Shown: positions 20,767 through 28,229 of the stretch, piece by piece
Numbering within the stretch: the first letter of the stretch is position 1
Layout of the letters: each line of letters starts with the position of its first letter
Source: an uncultured virus (IMG/VR IMGVR_UViG_3300025018_000106)
Lineage: Duplodnaviria; Heunggongvirae; Uroviricota; Caudoviricetes
IMG/VR virus record: IMGVR_UViG_3300025018_000106
Strand: one strand, 5' to 3'
Length of the DNA: 64,000 bases
The notes under the pieces: model-generated
Told to the model about the DNA's origin: nothing
What the model saw: the letters and a program-made list of their open reading frames with translations, nothing else
Database searches by the model: none
Translations under genes and position numbers: made by a program

Positions 20767-20833
20767 GCGGGGTGTTTAGACACAGCACCAGTCCCCCTGG
20801 TGTAAAGCGGTGCGATTCCGCTACCCCGCTCCA
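20767..20833 (+). tRNA. Non-canonical tRNA-Gly(CCC)-like RNA with reduced D-arm, 67 nt
   Basis: GCGGGGT/ACCCCGC acceptor, U73, CCA; CACCA-GTCCCCC-TGGTG anticodon arm; AGCGG-TGCGATT-CCGCT T-arm. Confidence 0.8.
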
Positions 20834-20855
20834 ATTTCCTTAACTATGGTATAAT

Positions 20856-21494
20856 ATGTCACGACACGATTTGGTTATAGACTTCGAGACGATGGGCAGC
20901 CGCGCACTTGACTGTGCCGCCATTGACGCGTCCACATTCGTCTTTACCTGGGACAGGTTCCTGGATAATCCCTACTCATTCGAAGAAATCTTGGACGGCG
21001 CGATCCGCTACAAACTGAGCGTGAAAGATCAGGTTCAGAATTACGGGTTCAAGGTCGAACAAGACACACTTGACTTCTGGATGCGACAGGCACCCGAGGT
21101 GCAAGACAAGATCAAACCCCGAAAAGACGACCTCACGGTGAAAGAATTCACCGAAGCGATCATGCGCGACCTTTCAAACGGTCCGAAGATCGAATACTGG
21201 TGGTCGCGTAACAACACGTTTGATCCGACCGTCCTGTGGCGTCTTGTCTGGACGCAACACTCCAAGTATCGTATCAACGAATACTTGATGTTCTGGCGCG
21301 TCCGCGATGTAAAGACGTGGATCGACGCCAAGTTTGACTTTACAACTCCCAGCGGTTTCGTTCCCGTCGCGGACGAAGATTACTGGAAAAGAACCTTCCG
21401 AGAACATGATAGCACACATGATGTGGCTGCTGACGTTATGCGTTTGCAGGCCATTTGTCGTGCTGAAAATGATATGGAGCAAGTTAGAAAATGA
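20856..21494 (+). CDS. dexA: DEDDh 3'-5' exonuclease (DexA-like)
   Basis: IDFET, WSR..FD, FWRVRDVKT, HDSTHDVAAD. Confidence 0.88.
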   Translation: MSRHDLVIDFETMGSRALDCAAIDASTFVFTWDRFLDNPYSFEEILDGAIRYKLSVKDQVQNYGFKVEQDTLDFWMRQAPEVQDKIKPRKDDLTVKEFTEAIMRDLSNGPKIEYWWSRNNTFDPTVLWRLVWTQHSKYRINEYLMFWRVRDVKTWIDAKFDFTTPSGFVPVADEDYWKRTFREHDSTHDVAADVMRLQAICRAENDMEQVRK

Positions 21495-21988
21495 GAAAAT
21501 ACGGACAAACACCCGCTGAAATAACGGGCCAAGTTTTCGATTATGCCGCAAAAGCGAACGAAAGAGACTCTAAAACCAAGCATCCTGCTGCGAAGTCTGG
21601 CGCAATGCGCGCTGCGCTCGGTGTTCCCTATTTCAAGCAAGTGCCTCTTGAAGCTGTTGGTGCCGGCGCCGCAGCACTCGAATACGGCGCTCGCAAGTAT
21701 GACAACCGAAACTGGGAAAAGGGCCTGCCTTGGCAGCAGATGATTGACAGTCTCAAACGTCACGTTGACGACTTCGAAAGAGGTCATGACTATGACGACG
21801 GCGACGATGGTTCTGGTATGCACCAGGTCTGTATGATTATGGCATCCGCCATGATGCTTTCTGCTTCTGTCATTCGTGGTATTGGTGAAGATGATCGGCT
21901 GCCGCCTGTTGCAAAAGAAGCTCTGACGGCAAAAGAAGTTGGTCGTTGGATGAACGAGCAACTAAAACTGACTGAGGGCAGAGAATGA
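21491..21988 (+). CDS. dATP/dGTP diphosphohydrolase domain protein (DUF5664-like)
   Basis: YGARKY..RNWEKG, RH, D..SG.H pattern. Confidence 0.75.
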   Translation: MRKYGQTPAEITGQVFDYAAKANERDSKTKHPAAKSGAMRAALGVPYFKQVPLEAVGAGAAALEYGARKYDNRNWEKGLPWQQMIDSLKRHVDDFERGHDYDDGDDGSGMHQVCMIMASAMMLSASVIRGIGEDDRLPPVAKEALTAKEVGRWMNEQLKLTEGRE

Positions 21989-22911
21989 AATACGAATTCA
22001 ACATGGAGGAGTTGCGCAAAAAGAGCATCTTCCTCGCAACACCCATGTATGGCGGTCAGTGTGCCGGATACTATACGAAGTCCGTCGCAGACTTGACCAA
22101 AGTGTGCGCTCTCCACGGCATCGAACTGAAGCACTACTTCCTGTTCAATGAGTCGCTGATTACTCGTGCTCGCAACTACTGTGTGGACGAGTTTCTACGT
22201 TCGGACTGCACACATATGATGTTCATCGACTCGGACATTGGCTTCAATCCCGCTGATGTTCTGAAGCTTCTGGAAATCTGCGGGCCAGGTTACGATATCG
22301 TAACTGGTCCCTATCCGAAAAAGACCATCGCGTGGGAAAAGATCAAGAAAGCGGTTGACGCAGGATTCGCAAACGACAATCCTTTTGCTCTTGAACAGTT
22401 TGTCGGTGACTATGTGTTCAATCCTGTGCCTGGCACGACCGAATTCAGGATCAACGAACTGGTCGAAATTCAAGAGGGCGGCACGGGCTTCATGATGATC
22501 CATCGTGGTGCGTTCGAAAAGTATGCCGAGGCATACCCAGAACTTCGTTACCTGCCTGACCATTCTAGAACGGAACACTTCGACGGGTCAAGAGAAATCA
22601 CCGCATTCTTCGATTGTGTGATTGACCCGACGACCAAACGGTACCTGTCAGAAGATTATATGTTCAGTCAGTATGCCCGCAAGATCGGTCTGAAAATCTG
22701 GATGTGCCCGTGGATGCGTATGATCCATATCGGCACTCACGCATTTGGCGGTAGCCTCGCAGCACTTGCTGCGATTCAGGCTTCGCCTACGGCTTCTCGC
22801 GAGTCGAACCGCAAAAACTACTTGACACAGAAGCCAAATCTTGATATAGATGTAGGATCAACTCTGAACCGACAGCAGCGCCGTGCTGCAGCAGCAAAGA
22901 AAGGTAAATGA
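21985..22911 (+). CDS. GT-A fold glycosyltransferase-like protein
   Basis: ATPMYGG, ESLITRARN, FIDSDI (DxD), GTGFMMI, LSEDYMF, HIG. Confidence 0.8.
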   Translation: MKYEFNMEELRKKSIFLATPMYGGQCAGYYTKSVADLTKVCALHGIELKHYFLFNESLITRARNYCVDEFLRSDCTHMMFIDSDIGFNPADVLKLLEICGPGYDIVTGPYPKKTIAWEKIKKAVDAGFANDNPFALEQFVGDYVFNPVPGTTEFRINELVEIQEGGTGFMMIHRGAFEKYAEAYPELRYLPDHSRTEHFDGSREITAFFDCVIDPTTKRYLSEDYMFSQYARKIGLKIWMCPWMRMIHIGTHAFGGSLAALAAIQASPTASRESNRKNYLTQKPNLDIDVGSTLNRQQRRAAAAKKGK

Positions 22912-23561
22912 TGAAACTTAGCAATGAAACGATTGGTGTTCTGAAAAACTTTGCATCCATCAATCCCGGTGTTGTTCTGAGAGAAGGCAACACCATTCGC
23001 ACTATCTCACCTCAAAAGACTGTCATGGCTTCTGCCACGGTCGCTGAGACTTTCGAGAAAGAGGCCGGTATCTTCGATATCAGCCGATTCCTCGCAACGC
23101 TTTCGTTGTTCGATCAGCCCGATATCATCTTTGGCGCAGATCGTTTCACCGTCTCGGGCGGTCGTCGGAAGCTCAACTATACATACACTCCCGAGAACAT
23201 GATTGTCACTCCGCCCGACAAAGATATCACTGTTCCGAGTCCCGAGGCAACCTTTTCGGTCGATTGGAAGGACATTGAAAGCGTGATCCGTGCTGCCGGT
23301 GTTCTGCAACTACCCGAAGTCGCCTTTATCTCAGATGGCACCGACGTGATCTTTTCGGCGGTTGACAGCAAGAACCCGACCGCAGACAACTACAGTGTCA
23401 CGGTCGCCGAAGGCGCAAACGCACCAACTTTCCGCATCGTTATCAAGACCGAAAACCTGAAGCTCATGCCCATCAACTACGAGATTGCGCTTTCATCCAA
23501 GGGCATGGCACATTTCAAATCCGATACCATCCAATATTGGGTGGCCGTAGAAGCAAAGTAA
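22908..23561 (+). CDS. gp45: Sliding clamp
   Basis: MKLS.ET..VLKNFASIN, YWVAVE. Confidence 0.95.
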   Translation: MMKLSNETIGVLKNFASINPGVVLREGNTIRTISPQKTVMASATVAETFEKEAGIFDISRFLATLSLFDQPDIIFGADRFTVSGGRRKLNYTYTPENMIVTPPDKDITVPSPEATFSVDWKDIESVIRAAGVLQLPEVAFISDGTDVIFSAVDSKNPTADNYSVTVAEGANAPTFRIVIKTENLKLMPINYEIALSSKGMAHFKSDTIQYWVAVEAK

Positions 23562-23574
23562 GGAGACCATAGAT

Positions 23575-23802
23575 ATGGCAGAACAAGAACCGAGCATCAC
23601 TCTAAACGACATTGGCGCAGCCGTCCAGATCATCGACCTGGCGTCCGCTCGCGGCGCGATCCGCGGCGAAGAAATGGCTGCCGTAGGCAACGTCCGTCAG
23701 CGCCTCGCTGCGTTCCTCGAATACAGCGAGAAACAGGCGAGAGCCGCCGCTGAGAAAGAAGCGGAGGCAGGAGAAGCCGAGGACGTTCCTACAACTTCGT
23801 AA
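23575..23802 (+). CDS. Conserved hypothetical protein
   Basis: IIDLASARGAIRGEEM; RBS; terminator at 23819-23848. Confidence 0.8.
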   Translation: MAEQEPSITLNDIGAAVQIIDLASARGAIRGEEMAAVGNVRQRLAAFLEYSEKQARAAAEKEAEAGEAEDVPTTS

Positions 23803-23885
23803 ATCCGCACCGGATATGAAAGAGGGCTTGCGGGCCCTCTTTCTTTTTGATATACTGACGAAACAATCTACATCATGGAGCAGAC

Positions 23886-24824
23886 ATGCAAGAATTCATC
23901 TGGTCGCAGAAATACCGCCCTTCTACCGTTCAAGACACGATCCTTCCGAAGGAACTCAAAGACGTGTTCCAAAGGTTCGTTGACGACAAGAATATTCCGA
24001 ACCTGCTGTTGACAGGCCGCGCGGGCATTGGTAAGACCACTATCGCCAAGGCGATGTTGGACGAGATTGGCGCCGATTATATCATCATCAACGGATCGAT
24101 GAACGGCAACATCGACACACTTCGTAACGAAATCGCGAACTTCGCGTCTACCGTCTCTTTCTCGGGCGGCCGCAAGTATGTGATTCTGGACGAAGCGGAC
24201 TATCTTAACCCACAATCGACGCAACCCGCACTTCGTAACTTCATGGAAGAATTTTCGAAGAACTGTGGGTTCATTCTGACCTGCAACTTCAAAAACCGTA
24301 TCATCGAACCTCTGCACTCGCGGTGTTCTGTTGTCGAATTCAAGATCAGCAACAAGGACAAACCGAAGATTGCCATGCAATTCTTCAAGCGCGTATGCAC
24401 CATTTTGGAGACCGAAGGAGTTGAATATGACCAGAAGGCTGTGGCTGAACTTGTGCAACTTTATTTCCCTGATTGGCGCCGAGTCCTTAACGAACTACAG
24501 CGCTATTCTTCTACTGGTAGGATTGACGCTGGCATCCTGACGAACAAGAGCAGCGATAACATCAACACTCTGGTTGACTTGATGAAGGATAAGAACTTCA
24601 CGGCGGTCCGCAAGTGGGTCGCTGATAACTCCGACATTGACTCGGCGGTTCTGTATCGTCAACTCTACGACCTGCTGCCTACTCGGGCAGACAGCACCCA
24701 GTCCGTCGCGGACGCCATCATCATTCTGGCAGAATACCAGTATAAGGAGGCGTTCGTTGCAAACTCTGAAATCAACCGTGTCGCAGCGCTCGCGACGCTC
24801 ATGGCCGAGGTCGGTTGGAAATGA
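23886..24824 (+). CDS. gp44: Clamp loader large subunit
   Basis: KYRP, GRAGIGKTT, LDEADYL, LHSRC. Confidence 0.97.
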   Translation: MQEFIWSQKYRPSTVQDTILPKELKDVFQRFVDDKNIPNLLLTGRAGIGKTTIAKAMLDEIGADYIIINGSMNGNIDTLRNEIANFASTVSFSGGRKYVILDEADYLNPQSTQPALRNFMEEFSKNCGFILTCNFKNRIIEPLHSRCSVVEFKISNKDKPKIAMQFFKRVCTILETEGVEYDQKAVAELVQLYFPDWRRVLNELQRYSSTGRIDAGILTNKSSDNINTLVDLMKDKNFTAVRKWVADNSDIDSAVLYRQLYDLLPTRADSTQSVADAIIILAEYQYKEAFVANSEINRVAALATLMAEVGWK

Positions 24825-25018
24825 GTTGGCTTGATCGGTTCAAAGCAAAGAGACGGTGCGCGTTGTGTGACGCGAAACTCGGCAAAGACCCCGCCGAAGT
24901 CGAAATGCAATGTGCCGACGTACTGCTGAAGATGAAAATTTGTGATGAATGTTTTGTCGTCCTGGACGAACGAAACAAACAAGCGTGGGAGTTATTCAAT
25001 GACGACGATCCTTCCTGA
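24821..25018 (+). CDS. Small zinc-finger protein
   Basis: CALC...ICDEC; overlaps gp44 stop. Confidence 0.55.
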   Translation: MSWLDRFKAKRRCALCDAKLGKDPAEVEMQCADVLLKMKICDECFVVLDERNKQAWELFNDDDPS

Positions 25019-25472
25019 CGTTGGCGAGTCCGAGGCCTTCGAAGAACAAGACTACAAACCCGAGAAGCCTAAGGGTGTTTCGCCGTTCGACTATGTGAAG
25101 AACATCAACGGTCCCGCGTCTCAGAATATGATGCGGGACACCGAAAACGACGAACTGGCAGAAAAGGGTTACAACCCTTGGGTCGTCAATCTCGGTCTGT
25201 CTTTCTATCCCGACACCATTCTACATGTCAATCTGGTGAACATGTATCACCATCTTGACAACCGCCCGCAATACGAATTTTTACTAAATAGCATTAGACC
25301 TAAGAAGCGATACGCGAAATGGGTTAAAAATGCTGGTGATGAAGATTTGGATGCGGTGTGTCGTCATTATGATTGCAATCGCAATGTCGGTCGTGACTAC
25401 CTGTCTTTGTTGTCCAGTGAGCAAATCGAAATGATAAAACAACAACAAAAAATAGGTGGACATGAAAAATGA
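24999..25472 (+). CDS. gp62: Clamp loader small subunit
   Basis: SPFDYV, YNPWVVN.GLS, QYEFLLNSIRPKKR. Confidence 0.9.
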   Translation: MTTILPDVGESEAFEEQDYKPEKPKGVSPFDYVKNINGPASQNMMRDTENDELAEKGYNPWVVNLGLSFYPDTILHVNLVNMYHHLDNRPQYEFLLNSIRPKKRYAKWVKNAGDEDLDAVCRHYDCNRNVGRDYLSLLSSEQIEMIKQQQKIGGHEK

Positions 25473-25861
25473 ATATCGTAGACAAATTGGTAGAAGTCCA
25501 ACTGCCGAGTGATGAAAGCTTTCTAAAGATCAAAGAAACGCTGACGCGTATCGGTATTTCCTCCAAGAAAGACAAGAAGTTGTATCAATCTTGCCACATT
25601 CTGCATAAGCGTGGTAAGTATTACATCGTGCATTTCAAGGAATTGTTCATGCTCGATGGAAAGGCAAGTGACTTCTCTACAGAAGATGAAGCAAGACGCA
25701 ATACGATTGTGAACCTGCTCGAAGAATGGGGTCTTGTCAAGACGGTCAATCCGGCACAAATTGAGGACCCAGTGGCACCACTTTCTCAGATCAAGATTTT
25801 GGCGTTCAAAGAAAAGGACGAGTGGGGACTGGTTGCCAAATACACCATCGGCAAAAAGTAA
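25469..25861 (+). CDS. regA: Translational repressor
   Basis: FLKIKETLTRIGI, LYQSCHILHKRG.YYIVHFKE. Confidence 0.97.
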   Translation: MNIVDKLVEVQLPSDESFLKIKETLTRIGISSKKDKKLYQSCHILHKRGKYYIVHFKELFMLDGKASDFSTEDEARRNTIVNLLEEWGLVKTVNPAQIEDPVAPLSQIKILAFKEKDEWGLVAKYTIGKK

Positions 25862-25872
25862 CAGTAGATATC

Positions 25873-26496
25873 ATGAAAAAATGGCTTGACGATGCAAAGA
25901 CCCGTATGCAACAGGTCTCTGAAAAAGGTGAAGTGATGATTCAGAGCGGCCGCGATACGGTCGTGAATCTGGCAGACCGGCGCGAAAAGCTGCGTGTCTA
26001 CAAACTCTATCCCGAAGCACATATGCCGACTTACGGCAGCCATTGGGCAGCATGTTTCGATCTTCACGCGTCTATCCGCGTTGGCGACACAATCAACACC
26101 TATACGCCGCAGAACAAGAAAACGACGACCTGCATTCTGGAGGACAAAGATGGGCCTACCTTTGTGGTATATCCTGGTCACCGCGCACTGGTACCAACAG
26201 GTCTGGTTTTCGACCTTGAGGAAGATCAATCCATGCGTGTCCACCCCCGGTCGGGACTCGCTGTAAAGAACGGCGTGATGCTCGCGAACTGCGAAGGCAT
26301 CATTGACGCCGACTACGTTCAGCAGACGTATATCACCGTGTTCAACACCTCGGACGTTCCTTTCGCCATTCGTGATGGCGACCGCCTCGCACAGGCAGAA
26401 ATCGTGCGCAGCTTCCAGGTTGCTTTCGAAGAAGTGACGGAAGAACCTGAACCGAAAACCAACCGCAAGGGTGGATTTGGTTCGACCGGCGTTTGA
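25873..26496 (+). CDS. dut: Trimeric dUTPase
   Basis: ACFDL, PRSGL, GIIDADY, GDRLAQ, RKGGFGSTG. Confidence 0.95.
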   Translation: MKKWLDDAKTRMQQVSEKGEVMIQSGRDTVVNLADRREKLRVYKLYPEAHMPTYGSHWAACFDLHASIRVGDTINTYTPQNKKTTTCILEDKDGPTFVVYPGHRALVPTGLVFDLEEDQSMRVHPRSGLAVKNGVMLANCEGIIDADYVQQTYITVFNTSDVPFAIRDGDRLAQAEIVRSFQVAFEEVTEEPEPKTNRKGGFGSTGV

Positions 26497-26563
26497 CGCC
26501 TAAATAAAGGCGGGATGCCTGATAGGGTCCCGCAACATTCTTGCTTAAATAAGGAGAAAACAC

Positions 26564-26992
26564 ATGACTGCACTAGAGAAACAGTTTTTCGACGCCTTCA
26601 ACATCGGGTTCGATCATCTGATGGACCGCGCAACAAAGGCGCCTACTTACCCGCCTTACAACCTTATCAAGACTGGCGAGACGACCTATCTCATTGAAAT
26701 GGCCGTCGCTGGCTTCGGAGAGGACGACCTTGAAATCACGGTCGAGGACTCAAAACTGAAGGTTGTCGGCACGAATTCGGGCGTTGACGAGGACGCTGAA
26801 TACCTGCACAAGGGTATTGCATCGCGCCCGTTTACCCACACTTTCACTCTCGCTGAGCACGTTGAAGTCGAAGATGTTGTCCTTGACAACGGCATTCTGA
26901 CGATCCGTCTACACAAGATCGTGCCTGAGGCGAAGATGCCAAAGAAGATTCCGGTCAACCGACCATACGGTAAATCGTTCCTTCAGGAATAA
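26564..26992 (+). CDS. Small heat shock protein (Hsp20/IbpA-like)
   Basis: YPPYNLIK, MAVAGF, YLHKGIA.R.F, NGIL. Confidence 0.93.
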   Translation: MTALEKQFFDAFNIGFDHLMDRATKAPTYPPYNLIKTGETTYLIEMAVAGFGEDDLEITVEDSKLKVVGTNSGVDEDAEYLHKGIASRPFTHTFTLAEHVEVEDVVLDNGILTIRLHKIVPEAKMPKKIPVNRPYGKSFLQE

Positions 26993-26993
26993 G

Positions 26994-27018
26994 AGAGGGC
27001 GCCTTCGGGCGCCCTTTT
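26994..27018 (+). terminator. Intrinsic terminator
   Basis: AGGGCGCC-TTCG-GGCGCCCT-TTT. Confidence 0.85.
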
Positions 27019-27074
27019 CACTTGACACGGTGGCTAAATATGTGTCATACTGTGTCAAAAAAGGATTCTAAAAC

Positions 27075-28193
27075 ATGATTCTGACTCATGAACAGGCTAT
27101 CTATGCCGCCAAGTTTTTTGAGGACTACTTCGAGTCTTTCGGTCAGATCGAAGATTACATGCGCAAGACAAAACTGGAACGCATCGAAGCAATGCCTCCG
27201 ATGCTGCCTTTTTTCTCATACGAGGACGACTTTTTTACCGAGTTTCACATGCACCCTGACGAAATGGATATTGAGGTTCGTCTTGCCGACAAACGTTTCT
27301 GGTCGCTTTTGGAAGTCACGTCCTCGCATATCAACCAATCATCGTCACCGGGTCGCACACTTGAAATCATGGTGTTCGAACGCAACGTCAACAAGGTTCT
27401 GGGATTCATCAAGGTCGGTTCGCCCGTTCTGAACCTGAGACCAAGAACCGAGTGGCTTGGTTCGCCTCTGGAGACAGGCAATCTAGAGGTCATGCAACGC
27501 TTCAACAACGTTGCTTGTATGGGCCATATCATCGTGCCTGCTCAACCATTCGGATACAACTATCTGGGTGGTAAACTTTTGGCTGCAATTTGTTGTAGTC
27601 ATGAAATAAAACGCCTATTCGACGCAAAATATGCGACGAATATCTGTCACTTCGAAACGACCTCACTCTACGGTTCGACCAAAGGTGCGTCTCAGTATGA
27701 CGGTATGAAACCATACCTGAGATACAAAGGTCTGACCGACAGCGACTTCGTTCCACATCTGACAGACAAGAAATTCCGCCAGATCAAGACATGGTGGGAA
27801 AAAGAGACTGACGTGCCGCTCAAAGTCACCTCTTCCTCGGTCAAAATGACCATGACGCGCGACATGATATCGAAGGTCGCTAAGGCACTCAAAGAACATG
27901 ACGCTGAACAACACCAACACTTCCGTAAAGTGGTCGAGAACGCGAAGGCCATGGTCGAAAAGAAGCGCACCTACATGTGTGACTACGGTTACGCCAACAC
28001 CCGCGAATACATCCTAGGCGAAACCGACACCTTGGTCAAGAAAGACAACTTCGACTCATACTCTTACAAGAGCGCCGTCCAATGGTGGAAGAAAAAGGCG
28101 GGCAAGAGATACAAAAGTCTGAAAAAAGAGAACAGACTGAGAACAGAACTGGAAATCTGGTCCAAAGATGCGGATATTGACATTATCCGCTGA
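27075..28193 (+). CDS. DUF4338-like protein, paralog 2 (predicted GNAT-like fold)
   Basis: IVPAQPFGYNYLGGKLLA, ETTSLYG, SQYDG; directly upstream of gp43. Confidence 0.7.
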   Translation: MILTHEQAIYAAKFFEDYFESFGQIEDYMRKTKLERIEAMPPMLPFFSYEDDFFTEFHMHPDEMDIEVRLADKRFWSLLEVTSSHINQSSSPGRTLEIMVFERNVNKVLGFIKVGSPVLNLRPRTEWLGSPLETGNLEVMQRFNNVACMGHIIVPAQPFGYNYLGGKLLAAICCSHEIKRLFDAKYATNICHFETTSLYGSTKGASQYDGMKPYLRYKGLTDSDFVPHLTDKKFRQIKTWWEKETDVPLKVTSSSVKMTMTRDMISKVAKALKEHDAEQHQHFRKVVENAKAMVEKKRTYMCDYGYANTREYILGETDTLVKKDNFDSYSYKSAVQWWKKKAGKRYKSLKKENRLRTELEIWSKDADIDIIR

Positions 28194-28229
28194 ACCTGTT
28201 ATACTGTCTGAAAAACTACAGGAGAATCA

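Noticed and set aside
20767..20833. tmRNA tRNA-like domain or a simple terminator
   Set aside because: No G3-U70 Ala identity or tag ORF, and no T tract; the three stems and UCCA end fit tRNA-Gly.
21491..21988. Z-genome or 7-deazaguanine pathway
   Set aside because: No purZ, dpdA, folE or que genes are visible in this window; they could lie elsewhere in the genome.
18864..28193. A phage-encoded Druantia defence system
   Set aside because: Only DUF4338-like genes are present; no DruE-like large helicase or other dru genes occur in the window.
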